64,000 bases of DNA from Mobula hypostoma (lineage: Eukaryota), in NCBI RefSeq assembly GCF_963921235.1, contig NC_086097.1:139936001-140000000 (forward strand). Direction: 5' to 3'. How positions within the stretch are numbered: the first letter of the stretch is position 1; each line of letters begins with the position of its first letter. Of this stretch, positions 12,665-25,104 are shown piece after piece. A program made the position numbers and the translations under genes. Below the pieces are notes generated by a model, which did no database searches, was not told the origin of the DNA, and worked only from the letters and a program-made list of their open reading frames with translations.

Positions 12665-13429
12665 GTAAGTGTGGAAGTTGTTTCTTTTGAATTTGTATTT
12701 ATTTATGATACTAACATTTCAGTGTTTAGCTTCAGATTTGCTGTATTTGATCTTTTATACCCTGTGAGCTAGGGAATCATGGTTCAAGACAAGAGCTGCT
12801 TTACTGTTGGATAAACAATGTATGAAATTGAACATGGGGATCAGTAACACGCAAGCAACTAAACTCCTGTTGCAATGCAGGCATCAGTGAAGCCTTGAAG
12901 GTTTTGCTGAACGTTTCTTCATCACCCTGTTCCCACACTCCTCCATTCCCCTCAGTCTTTTTCCTACCTTGCCCACTGGGGCAGCAGTGACTCTCCAAGT
13001 TCCAGTGTGTCAGTCTGAAAGTTCACAGCTAATTTTCAAAAGAAGTCTTAACTGGCACTTTCTGAAGGTTATTGTATACATAGCAAATGAATATTGTTCA
13101 TATCAAAGCATTTAAAATAGTATCTTGTTGACTATACAGATGGTGCAGATTTTAATTAAACTGTGACGTGAGAAGAGTATTCACCTTTTAAACGCTGTTC
13201 AACGATGAGATTGAAGTTCCTCATTGGTATAGAATATGCTGTTGTTATATGAGCGATTTTAAAAATCAGCATGTCAGGGGATAAAGCTTTCCATTAAATC
13301 TGAGGCTACAATCTACATTTTAACCTGTGAAACTCTGGTTAGGTTTTGAGAAATACACAGTGTATGATTATAATGGCTCTGTGCATCCAAATTTTGTTTA
13401 CTAGGTATGATGACATCTAGGTTAGTAGG

Positions 13430-14000
13430 CAGCCGTCGATCCCAGGGTATTATGGGTTTATGCCTCTGGTGGACTGTGTCCTCTACAGGGTGCAAGCCTG
13501 GGTGGGAAGATTTGAAGAATTGGCTGTTGCCCATGCAGCGGGTTCTCCCTCTCCACATCACTGATGTAGTCCAAGGGAAGGGCAAGCACCGATACAGCTT
13601 GGCACCAGTGCTATCGCAGAGGTTGACAGAGTGAAGCTGTAAACAACATCAAACTGCTCCAGATTTCTTCCTTGGGGTTTACTCCTGAAGCCTTTCCCAT
13701 GGGTGGGTATGGCCACAAGGCAGTGGAGGTTTAATATTAGAGTTTTCCTTCTCCTAGGCGGCCTGCCATCCAAGGCTGATGAGCCCCACTTGCCCGAAGC
13801 AACTGGTTTTGAGGTGCCAGTGGTCTGCCTTTGTCCCATCTCTTAGATAGAAACAGTTGAAACAGTTCCACTGGGCCTAGTAGCTAAGCCACACCTGAAG
13901 GCCAAGAGTTGGACTTGGTTGTCAGAGGCTGTTCGAAACACATGCCATTTGAAGCACTGCATAGCTTGTGGGTGCTTATCTTGGTGACAACCTTAGAAAC
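13430..14000 (-). mobile_element. RTE-related non-coding element, second copy
   Basis: colinear with 5335-5780 (ggtttactcctgaagcctttcccatg...agttttccttctcctag...gagccccacttgccc...ttggttgtcagaggct). Confidence 0.55.
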
Positions 14001-14264
14001 CATCTATTACAGGAAGAATCAGCACCATCAGCACATCCTCTAAATGTTAGTGGATTAGAAATATTTGAAATGTGTTATTTTAAGGTTATAATTCATAAAC
14101 CCAATGTCTGTAAGTGGTAGGTTGTAGTTGTAATTTTGTAAATCCCTCATTCAATCCCATACACTGATTTTGTGAACAATATATACCAATCTACCAGTGG
14201 AACAATGCTGCTGTTCTCTATAAAACCTGGTAACTGTGAGATTTAAAATGGAGGCTGAACTTAA

Positions 14265-16210
14265 CATGAATAGTACAGTACAGGCCCTTTAGCCTATGAT
14301 GTTGTATTGACCTTTTAATCTACTCTAAGCTCAATCTAATCCTTCTGTCCCACATAGTCCTCCATTTTTCTTTCATCCATGTGCCTATCTAAGAGTCTCT
14401 TAAATGTCCCTAGTGTATCTACCTCCATCACCCCTAGCAATGTGTTCCATGCATCAACCATTCTCTGTTTAAAAAAAACAACTGCTTCTTACGATCCCCC
14501 ATACTTTCCTCCAATCATCTTAAAATTACGCCCCTTCATATTAGTCATTTCCACACTGGGAAAAAGGTATCTGGCTGTCCACTCTGTCTTTGCCTCTTGT
14601 CATCTTATATACCTCTATCAAATCAGTGCTCATCTTCCTTTGCTCCAGAGAGGAAAGCCCTAGCTCGCTCAGCATATCTTCATAAGACATGCTTTCTAAT
14701 CCAGACAGCATCCTTATAAAACTTTGCAACACCTCTCTTAAAGTTTCCACATCCTTCCTATAATGAGGTGAACAGACTGAACACAATACTCCATGTGGTC
14801 TAAGCACAAATTTTTTTGAGCTGCAGCACTACCTTGTGGCTCTTGAACTCTTAATCCCCCAACTAATGAAGGCCAAAACACAATATGCCTTCTTAACCAC
14901 CTTTTTAGCCTATGCAGCAACTTCGAGGAATCTATGGACATGGACCTCAAGAGTCCTCTGTTCGTTCGCACGGCTAAGAATCTTGCCATTAACTCTATAC
15001 TCTGCCTTCAAATTTGACCTTCTAAACTGTACACACTTCTGGATTGAATTCTACCTGCTATTTCTCAGCCCAGCTCTGTATCCAAAAAATGTCCCATTGT
15101 AACAAAGGAAAACCATCTACACTATTCACAACACCACCAACCTTTATGTCACCTGCAAACTTACTAAACTGCCCTTTCACTTCCTCATCCAAGTCATTTA
15201 TAAAAATCACAAACAGCAGGGATCCCACTGCAGAACACTACTGATCACTGACCTCCAAGTAGAAAACGTTCCATCTGCTATCACCTCTGACTTCTGTATG
15301 CAAGCCAATTCTGAATCCATGCAGCTAAGTTTTTCTAGAACCCACCCTACCATGGGGAGCCTTGTCAAATGCCTTATGAAAATCCTTATACACCAAATCA
15401 CCTATTCTGCCTTCATCAATTTGTTTTGTCACTTCCTCAAAGAATTCAATCGCTAATGAGTCCCTCAGTCATGCTGACTATCCTTAATCAGACTGCTTCT
15501 CCAAATGCTCGTAGATCCTACCCTTGTGAATGCTTTCCATAGTTTGTCCACCACTGATGTTAAACTCACTAGTTCTTAATTCCCAGGATTATCGCTATTA
15601 CCTTGCTTGAACAAAGGAATGACATTTGTCACTCTCCAGTCTTGTACTACTCCTGTAGCTAGTGAGGACTTAAAGATAATTGCCAAAGGCTCTGCAATCT
15701 CTTCCCTGGCTTTCTGTGGTAGCCTGGGGTATTTCCTACTAGTCCTGGGGACTTATTTGTCCTAATGTTTTTCAAAAGTTCCAGCACATCCTCCTCCTTA
15801 ATGTTGACATGTTCCAACATATTAGCCTATACTATGCTGCCCTGACATTTATTAAAGTCCTTCTCAGTGGTGAATACTGAAGCAAAATACTCATTAAGGA
15901 ACTCCCCTACCTCCTTCAACTGCAGTTTCATGTTTCCTCTTTTATCTCTGATCAGTCCTACACCTCACTCTAGTTATCCTCCTGTTCTTCACATACATGT
16001 AGGATGCCAAGGGGTTATCCTTAGTTCTTTGCTAAAGCCTTTTCATGTGCCCTTCTAGTTCGAAGGCCACCTTGTAACTCTTTGGGATCCTGTCTGATCC
16101 TTGCTTTCTAAACTTCTAAGCATTTTCCTTTCTTCCTCTTGACCAGAAGTTCCACATCACTTGTCAACTATAGTTCCTTCACCCTACCAAACTTTGCCTG
16201 TCTCAGTCAG
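14265..16210 (-). mobile_element. CR1 LINE, decayed
   Basis: CR1 3' tail at left; ORF2 remnants (PHYRKDVETL, DLIEVYKM). Confidence 0.85.
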
Positions 16211-17557
16211 ACAAACCGACCCAGAATTATTTTAACGTGTTCTTGCTCTGAACCTTCCTGCATCATCTTGGGGGAATGTTCAGAGGAGCTAGCCACACTT
16301 TATCATTGTGTGAGCAACGATCAACATCAGGCTTTTTGGGAGCTAGACTTTTTTCTGTGTTTTCCATTGCCAACCCCATTTGAGAAATATTGACTTTTCC
16401 TGATACAAAACTCATTCATTATTGAATACGATTGTTTGTCAGATTTAATCATATTAATGTAACAATGCCACATGTTCTGGATGTTCTACAAATTAATTTT
16501 TTGACCATACAGATATTTAGCAACAGGAATGTTAACTTGGTTGTGGAGTGCGTCCATGCAAACAGTTATTGCATAGTGATGCCGTTTTGCCTGTACAAAA
16601 TAACCAGAGTTTTGAAACTCATCTAAATCTTGGATCAGTGATTGGGAAATCATGGGTAACCACTTGGAGTGATGCCATCCTTCCTCAGCTTCGTACCTGC
16701 AATGAGGGGATTGATAACTGTGCTGCTTTCAGTCAGAATCTGGCTGTTGAGAATCTAGCTGTAGAGAATCTGGGCACACAGCAGGAGTAGTGGATCCCTG
16801 GATCTGTCACTACTGCAAAGCTGAGTCACTGTTACCCAGTGATTGGTGGAAGAGTTCTTCATTACCTTGAAATAGGAAGAGGAGTTTATGCTCATAGAGT
16901 GACTTTATCGTGCATACATACCTGACGTTCTCCTCCATACGTACCCATTGCATTGTATCATCTGAAAGGCATCATATAAAAACAATTTGCTGAGTCCTTG
17001 GATGATCCCCTGATATTTTGCAGCGTGGCTTGAAAGCACAACTTCCCTAGCTGTTGGCCGTGAGTAAGTATTTGCTTTTTCAACTTCACTGGTGCCCAAG
17101 TGAGAGCAGAGAAGATGTATGGATCTCTCTAACAGTGTTCCCAAGATCAAATACAGTATCTTCTATGTAATGGCCACTCTGGAGAGAAGAAAATTGGCAA
17201 GTAAAATTTACCAGGCTTAATAAAGGAGAGGGTCTGTATGTAAATTGTACAGTGGCAGTTTGTTTTAATTTTTTTGGTCCTTATTCTCTGGCATGTCTGT
17301 CTGCTCTTGGCAATTTGACTGCTCATTGAATAATTGAGCGTTCTCTCAACACTTTTCCTCTGAGTGATAAGTCACTAATGTCAACTGAATCACTTGGTAG
17401 AGTATCAGGAGGGGTGGGGTTGAGGCTACTGAGTACTGAGGTTGCAGTCCTTGTGCATGGGATGCAGCTGATAGTTTGATCGGTGAAATGGTTAGGCTGA
17501 AATAATATATTGGATTTACTTTACCAAGAATTTGTATAATGTGTGCTTTCATTACAG

Positions 17558-17649
17558 TGCACAAGAGTCATGTGGACCCCACCTCTCCGTGAGAGCTTCT
17601 CCTACCCCTTCCTAATTCTGCAGATGCTGCTTTTAACCCACATACTAAG
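17558..17649 (+). CDS. DPY19L1: DPY19-like exon
   Basis: attacag / gtacta; 92 nt; [30 protein letters not shown](R), the hallmark DPY19 TRV-W-PPLRESF motif. Confidence 0.95.
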
Positions 17650-17758
17650 GTACTAACCTCGGTCTCACTGGCTGAGAATTTCTCATGTTTATTGCTTGTG
17701 CAATGACAAGTGATTCCTCAATGAAAATATTTAATTTGTCTGTTCTTTTTCTGAACAG

Positions 17759-17858
17759 AAGCGTCTGTGTAGAGAAGAAGACCTTAGCTGCATTTTGTAT
17801 TGCAAATATCCTCTTCTTGCTTCCATGGCAATTTGCACAGTTTGTGCTGCTCACACAG
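17759..17858 (+). CDS. DPY19L1: DPY19-like exon
   Basis: ctgaacag / gtgaga; 100 nt, phase 2 to 0; SVCVEKKTLAAFCIANILFLLPWQFAQFVLLTQ (WQFAQF motif). Confidence 0.95.
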
Positions 17859-18067
17859 GTGAGAGATGTTGGTGACAATGAAGATTCTGTTTAGAGATTT
17901 AATATTAAACTGATTATAAAGTTGATGTGACTTAAAGAAGAAAGGTAGAAAGCAGGGAACAACAGGCCAGTTAGTTTAACAGCCATTGTTGGCAAGATGC
18001 TAGGATCATTAATCAGAGAGGAAATAATTAATCGTTTATGAAAGCTGAACATAGTTTACCTATAAAC

Positions 18068-18510
18068 TCTTTTCTGGCTTCCAGCCAGCTGCAGGTGTGT
18101 ATTATAACTGAGGTTTCGATGACAAACTCTGTCATCTTCTTCAGGGATGATGCCTGGGTATGTCTAGACCGGTGATATTTATATCCACGTAGTCAGTACC
18201 TCCTGATTGGTTAATCCTCATCCAGTCAGGTTTCTGCTCTCCCACCTTGTTTACAATCGAATTCTAGTTCTTACTTAAGGCAAGACCTTTGTTTTTGTTA
18301 AAATTCTTTTCCTTTAGTTTTATTTAAGTGGCTTCCTTTACCAGGCAGTTCCAAAAGCCATTGCCATGGCATAGTAGTTTAGTGCCGTCAAAGTCAACCC
18401 TATGGCCATTGTGAATGCACTGTTCTGCTACTGTCGATTTCTCCGGGTAACCCAAACAGATATACTTCCTGTGCTTCTCGATATGGGTTTCCACCATGCG
18501 TCCCATCTTC
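18068..18510 (-). mobile_element. Penelope-like element (Poseidon/Penelope clade), GIY-YIG C-terminus plus pLTR
   Basis: GR.VETHI.KHR..I.LGYPEKS.VAE.CIHNGH.VDF..TKLL....FW..LVKEA; followed by hammerhead motif. Confidence 0.8.
18100..18155 (-). ncRNA. Minimal hammerhead ribozyme motif (second Penelope family)
   Basis: minus strand CTGAAGA-a-gatgaca(gagtt)tgtcatc-GAAA-cc-TC; perfect 7-bp stem II. Confidence 0.6.
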
Positions 18511-18511
18511 C

Positions 18512-19010
18512 CTAATGAGACTAAATAGTTTGGGCCTTTATTCTTTTATTCCTTGGAATTTAGTAAAATGAGGGGTGACCTTATTCAAACATTGAGGCTT
18601 TACATGGAGAGTTTGGAATGATTTTGCTAGTGGGAGTGTTTCAAGTATAACTACAGGACAAGAAGCTATCACTTAAAACTGAAGAAGGTAGAAATTCCTT
18701 CTGGCATTGGGTGGTGAATCTCTGGAATTTTCAGCCTTGGAGGATGATGGAAGCCGAATCATTAGAGTATTTAAAATGGAGGGGGGTAAATATTGTACCA
18801 TGTAAAGCCTGTGTGTTTGAATAAGGTCACCCCTCATTCGACTAAACTTAAAGGAATAAGTAAATGAATTCTAAGGATAAATATTGATAGATCAAAGAAT
18901 AGAAAGAGATGGAGAACTGACACAGAAGAGGAGCTGATGCCAGCATAGATTAACCATAAGCTTATTGAATGGTAGGGCAAGCTTGAAGGGCTGATGGTCT
19001 ACTCTTAATA
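18512..19010 (+). mobile_element. CR1 3' fragment containing an inverted internal duplication
   Basis: decayed MRGDLIQT...VVNLWN region; 18798-18859 is the reverse complement of 18546-18607. Confidence 0.7.
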
Positions 19011-19710
19011 TTTTCTTCTTCTTGTCACTTGCACATTCTTATCTATAGATCTTGGACGCATAATTCAGAACATAAATGTTGGAAGTTGCCTTCTGAGATA
19101 ATTTTTTTAAGGAATTATCCTTCTATGCCTTTGTGCAATCTTCACACAACTTCATGGACAGTTGGTGTTATTTTGTGGTTGCCTATTTCTACTGTACTAG
19201 CTCTCATTAATTCTCTGAGTGTTTTTGTGCAGATTAATGGCTTGGGAGTAACACATTTAAGGCCACAGTTGTCGATGCTTTGCAGAATGTTCCCCTTCGA
19301 TGATTAAAGATGTACTGTTTCTACTTGGTCTGACCACTGAGATTTATGAAGTGTGAGGCCTAATTTAATATGGTGGTGAATGTAATAGTCAATGTGAGTT
19401 GATGCACCATGCTTAGAGGATTATAATGCAAAGCAAAAAGGTTGATGTATCAACTTCTTGAACTAACACATCAGATGTGCCCTTGGTGATGTCTATGACT
19501 CTAGAGGGTACAAAGAGCTCTGTTGCATTGTTCTTGTGCTGAAATAATAATAGCATTTAGCTCTTGACATGCTCTAGTCCCTTAGTGGGAGCAAGGACCA
19601 AGGAATTAGTGAAAAGTGATGGTGTTGGTCTACATGTTGACTCAGAAGGATAGCATTGAGATTTTGTTTTCCCACCTCCTACCTGGGTCTTTCTTTCAAT
19701 CTTTTGTTTT

Positions 19711-21102
19711 CATAAGACATAGGAGGAGAATTAGGCCATTTGGCCCATTGAGTCTGCTCTGCCATTCAATCATAGCTGATCATTTTTTCCCCTCTTCAGC
19801 CCTATTCCCTGGCCTTCTCCCCATAACCTTTGTTGCTGTGTCCTGTCAAGAACCTATCAAGCTCTGCCTTAAATACGCCCAATGACCTAGCCTCCACAGC
19901 AGTCTGTGGTAACAAATTTCATAAGTTCATCACCCACTGGCTAAAGAAATTTCTCTGCATCTTGGTTTTAAATAGAGGTCCCTCTATCCTGAGGCTGTAC
20001 GCTCTTGTCCTAGACTCTCCTACCATGGGAAACATCCTTTCCACTTTTACTCTGTCTAGGTCTTTCAACATTCAAAAGGTTTCAATGGGATCCCCCCCTT
20101 ATCCTTCTGAATTCCAGAGAATACAAACCCAGAGCCATCAAACGTTCCTCACACGATGACCCTTTTATTTCCGGAATCATCCGTGTGAACCTCCTCTGAG
20201 CCCTCTCCAATGCTAGCACATTTTTTCTTGTATGAGGAGCCCAAAATTGTTCACAAATCTCAAAATGAGGCCTCACCAGTGCCTTATAAATCCTCAGCAT
20301 CACATCTCTGCTCTTGTGTTCTAGACTTCTTGGTTTTGCCTTCTTCACCACCTACTCAACCTGCAAGTTAACGTGTAGGGTGTTCTGCACAAGGACTTCC
20401 AAGTTCCTTTGCATTTCAGATTTTTAGATTTTCTTCTCATTTAGAAAACAGTCTGCACACTTATTTCTATTACCAAAGCGCATGATCATGCATTTTCCAA
20501 CATTGTATTTCATTTGCCAATTTCTTGCCCATTCTTATGTACCCTTGGGTCTTTCAGCCTTTTGGGCACCCTCTCCCTTGTAATAGTACCTGCACTCACT
20601 TCTCTTCCTTCACACACTTCAACATCTGGCTCACTGCTAGTGTCTTCCACAGTGAAGACTGATGCAGAATACTCATTTCATTCATCTGCCATCTCCTTGT
20701 CCTCGTTATTATTTCTCCAGCCTCATTTTCTAGTGGTCCTATATCCACTCTCATCTCTCTTGTTTTTTTCATACTTGAAAAAACTTTTACTATTCACTTT
20801 GATATTGTTTGCTAGCTTGCTTTCATATTTCATCTCTTCCCTCCTAATGATTCTTTTAGTTGCTCTCTGTAGGTTTTTAAAAGCCTCCCATTCCTTTATC
20901 TTACTGCTAATTTTTGCTTTGTTGTATGTTCTCTCTTTTGATTTTACATGAGCTTTGACTTCCCTTGTCAGCCACAGTTGTACTATTTTTCCATTTGAGT
21001 GTTTCTTCATTTTTGGAATACATCTATCCTGTACCTTCCTCATTTTTCCTGGAAAGTTAAGGCATTGCTGCTGTACTGTCATCCCTGCCAGCATCTCCTT
21101 CC
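19711..21102 (-). mobile_element. CR1 LINE fragments
   Basis: cataagacatagg tail; LRIYKALVRPHFE..QFWAP..LERAQRRFTRMIP; WLTREVKA..K.KERTY. Confidence 0.88.
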
Positions 21103-21400
21103 AAACACAAACAAGAGAAAATCTACAGATGCTGGCAATCCAAGCAATACATTCAAAATGCCAGAGGAACTCAGCCGGCCAGGCAACATCGATGGAAAAG
21201 AGTACAGTCAACATTTCAGGCTGAGATCCTTCAGCATGACTGGAGAAAAAAAGATGAGGAGTCCAAGTTAGAAGACGGGGAGAGGGGAGGGAGAAACACC
21301 AGGTGAGAGGTGAAACTGGGAGTGGTGAAGTGGAGAGCTGGGAAGTAAGAGATATAGGGTTGGGGAAGGGGGAATCTAATAGGAGAGGACAAAAGGCCTC
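21103..21400 (-). mobile_element. Penelope (Neptune-type) pLTR fragment with long terminus and degenerate hammerhead
   Basis: aaacacaaacaagagaaaatctacagatgctgg...cagtcaacatttcaggctgagatccttcagcatgactg. Confidence 0.75.
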
Positions 21401-21615
21401 TATCACTCAACATCCTCAGTCTCACCTATTTGATCTGAATTAATATTTCATGTGTGTGAAGTTAAAAAATAAAATTCATTCTTTTAAATGAATGCTTGGT
21501 CACAGAATTCTTTAAATTACATGGTAGTTCCTTAACACAACACTTTTTTTATATTGGTTCTTTTATAATTCTAATCAGGCTGTGATACTAAAGTTCTTTT
21601 TATTCTTCCCATCAG

Positions 21616-21693
21616 GTTGCTTCACTCTTTGCAACATACGTTTTGGGTTATATTGATGCCTGTAAGCTGCTGGACATTGTATATGCTCACATG
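21616..21693 (+). CDS. DPY19L1: DPY19-like exon
   Basis: cccatcag / gtaaag; 78 nt; VASLFATYVLGYIDACKLLDIVYAHM. Confidence 0.93.
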
Positions 21694-22099
21694 GTAAAGT
21701 GAACTGTGTTCCCTGTTAATTTTATTATCCATTCATGCCCCTACAGAAATGCCGATCAGCCACTAGCTTGAACTGATGCAGTCTATGTGGAACACTACTC
21801 CTACAGTGTTGGTTCTTAGAGAGTTTCAGGATTTAGACCCAGAAATACTAGAGTTGCTGATATAGTTTCATAAGAGAGAGGTGCGTTGGAGGGGCTGCTG
21901 CAGGCGGTGGTGTTCTCATGCACCTATTGTCCTTGTTCTGTTTCATGGTAGGAGTCACTGGTTTGGGATGTGAAATAGCCTTAGCAAGTGCATATGGTAT
22001 GGCTGCAGGCGCTGTGTGACTTTAGGTCACTACCACAAGTCACTGCCATAAAAGTTTAAAAAAATAAGGTGTTGTATAATTAAAAAAAAAAGGGCAGGA

Positions 22100-23440
22100 C
22101 CGCACAGTAAATTGTAAAGTCTTGGAAAGTGTTGTAGAACAGGGAGACCTCGGAGTACAGGTGCATAGTTCCTTGAAAATACCAACATAGGTAAATCAGG
22201 TGGCAGAGAAAGTGTTTAGCTTGCTTGCGTACATCAGTAAGATTGGGACGTCATCTTACAGCTGTACAAGACATCTGTGATTCCACATAGAAAGAACTGC
22301 ATACAGATCTGTTTGCCTGCAGAGGTGTTATTAAACTGAAGATGGTGCAAAAAAATGATCAAGGATGTTACTAGGACTGGAGAGCTTGAGCAGTAAGGAG
22401 AGATTGAATAGGCTAGGCCTTTTTCCCCTCGGAATACAGGAGTTTGAGGGGTGACCTTTTAGACATAAAATCATGAGGGGCATAGGTAAGGTGTATAGCC
22501 AAAATCTTTTTCCTGGACTAGAGGGCATAGGTTTAAACTTAGAGGGGAATGATTTAAAAGGGATCAAAGGGCCAGCCTTTTAACAGATGGTGGTGAATAT
22601 ATGAAATGAGCTGCCAGAGAAAATGGTAGAGGCGGACACAATTAAAATATTAAAAAGATATTTGTCAGGTGCATGGATAGGCAAGGTTTAGAGGGGCCAA
22701 ACACAGGCAAACTGGACTAGCTCAGTTGGGAAATTGGTTGGCATGGGGCATGGGTAAGGTGAGCCGAAGAACAAGCTGATCTGAAGTTCCTGTGTTCAGC
22801 CCTTCTCCATGTTTCCTAAAGGTTAGTGTCATGTACATTGAAAACATACAGCATTTGTTTGAGTCAAATTGAATTAGCAAAGATGATTTTGGGCAGCCTA
22901 CAAGTGTCTGATGGAATTATTTTGCTCTAATAGAGTGGATTGATGAAAGGAACGGAATGAAATGTTGGGCAATTTGCACTTGTATGTGTTGGGGTTTAGA
23001 AGAGTGAGATTGGACGTGATTGACATGTACAGGTTGCTGAGGAATCTTAAAAGATGGATGAGGAGAGGATCTAGGGATTAAATGCAATTGTTTAGAAGTA
23101 ATGTGTTGCCCATTTAAAAGTCTTAGAAATTCTCTTCCTCAAAGAGTGGTGGAAACAAAGTTGGCTATGATTTTAAGGCAGGGGCAGATTTATTTTTGAT
23201 GACCAAGAGAATCAGAATGGGACTAAAAGGTTACCATGTGATGACTACAGGTTGAGGTTATGATGAGATTGGTGGACAAAGAAATAGCAAACTGAATAAA
23301 TATTTTGTGGAAGGCACCAACAGCATGCCACAAATTTGAGTATGTTAGTGGGCAGAAGTGAGTGTAGCTGCTATTACTAAGGAGAATGTACTTGGAAAGC
23401 TGCAAGGTTTGAAAGTGGATAAGTGACCTGGACCAGATAG
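22100..23440 (+). mobile_element. Cluster of decayed CR1 fragments
   Basis: repeated CR1 ORF2 3' motifs (gaacagggagacct, gaggggtgacctt, agagtggtggaa, cctggaccagat). Confidence 0.7.
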
Positions 23441-23469
23441 ATAATTTTGGTCAGTATGGGAAACCCAGA

Positions 23470-24210
23470 CTCCAAATTCAGCACGTGATGGCTGGGTAGG
23501 TGAGCAACTAGTTGGTGCACTCCTGCTGTTTACACAGGGTTTTTGTGTGCTCGCGATACATGGCTTTGAGGTGCCCAGTACCATCCTAAGTGCTTCCTTG
23601 CGCAGTCATGGAGATTTCGAGGAGTGAGTGGAATTTGCATTTCTTCAGGGAATGTTTTGAGCACTGTCTGAAATCTTTCCCTCTGTCCCCTGGAAATATC
23701 TTCTCTTTCTATGAATGTGGTGTTGAGTATGTGCACAATGTTTCCTGCTCAGAAGAGCTGACTGAGTGTTATCATGGCTTCAGTTGTGGTCTGGGACCAG
23801 GTGGTTCATGTTGTTCCGGTGAAGTTGGATGACATTATGCAGATATAGATGGTAGAATATCTTCCAGTGCTTCAGATGGCCTCTGCAGAAAGTGCAGGGC
23901 TCAGAAGCATAATGGAGGGCAGGGGGTCAAGACCTGAGATCTGGCAGGGAACTCATGGTGTGCTGCACGATAGACTGTGAGTTCTATTGCCAAGTCTGAG
24001 GTCTTGAATTGCAAACACGCCCTTCCTCCATCAATCTAGCCAAATTGAGGGAATTCAAAGGCTTTGGTGAGGTTAAAGGAGGTCACATGTTGGGGTTGGT
24101 GCTGCTCCCCGCATTTTATTAGTGGTGGTGCACAGTGAAGATCAAGCCCATTGTGCTTTTGGATAGACAAAATCTGCAGAATGAATCATGGACTGACTGT
24201 TCGGCTACTG
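23470..24210 (-). mobile_element. RTE (BovB-like) LINE 3' fragment, decayed
   Basis: RGQRERFQTVLK, equivalent to the RTE GGQRKRFKDVLK motif. Confidence 0.6.
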
Positions 24211-25017
24211 GGGGCAAAATGGCACAGAGGGATCAGGGTGTATATGCTCATGAATCCTTAAAGTTGGAGGGTACGTCAAGGGGTTGTTTTCAGAGCATTT
24301 AGGGTCCCAGTGTTCATTAACAGAAGTATAGAGTACTAAAGCAGGGAATTATGTAAATTTTATGAAGCACCTAGTTAGGACGTAATTGGGATATTGGTCT
24401 CTTGCTCTGGTCAGGAAGGATGCGAGGATGAAGAGCAGAATTAATGGAAAAATTTTAGCTTTGAAGATGAACTGGAGATAATGGGATTATGATCATTCTT
24501 CCCACCAGTGCACCACAACTACAGTGTAGTCCATCTACAAAGAGGATCTTTGGCATCTTCTACACTTGGGACCTGTAGCACTGAGTGAGAGGGTGAACTT
24601 TGCATGGGAACACCACCATTTACAAGTTCCCTTCTCAGTTAAGCTCCATAGTCATTTAGAAATATATCATGGTTTCATCTTTACCCAGTGTTTTTCAAGG
24701 GACCAATAGATAATCTACTGGCATACTCAATGGGTCAAGCAGCATCTGTGGTGGAGAAAAGAATTTTCAGTATTTCAGCCCTTCAGTTTGTAGCAATTAT
24801 GAATGGATGCTTGGAAAAGAATAACCTAGTATGAGAAAGAACACTGAATGGCACTAGTGTGCTGGGAGCTGGCACAGACTCATTGGAATGAATGGTTTCT
24901 TGTGCTGTAACGGGAAAGGGACATAGCTATGTTTAATGGTGTCTGCAATGAGATGGTCAGAAGAGCAGAAGGGTAACATCTACTAATTACTCCTGTTTTT
25001 ACTTTTGTTTTTCACAG

Positions 25018-25104
25018 ATTTCCCTGTTGGTTTGTTTTGTGCTGATGTTCGGAAATGCCATGCTGTTAAGCTCCTATTACGCTGCCTCTCTGGCTGTTGT
25101 TTAT
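25018..25104 (+). CDS. DPY19L1: DPY19-like exon
   Basis: long pyrimidine tract + ttcacag / gtaagt; 87 nt; ISLLVCFVLMFGNAMLLSSYYAASLAVVY. Confidence 0.94.

Noticed and set aside
13860..13960. Possible HDV-like ribozyme in the RTE-type module (ggcc-ttcaggt-gtgg resembles an L3 loop)
   Set aside because: Could not assemble P1, P2 and P3 pairings by eye; needs a descriptor search on the family consensus
16430..17200. Unexplained non-repetitive stretch with a GTAAGT and a 15-bp tandem repeat (16735-16772)
   Set aside because: No in-frame exon with DPY19 similarity; neighbouring exons already join without a gap; no motif recognised in the frames I translated
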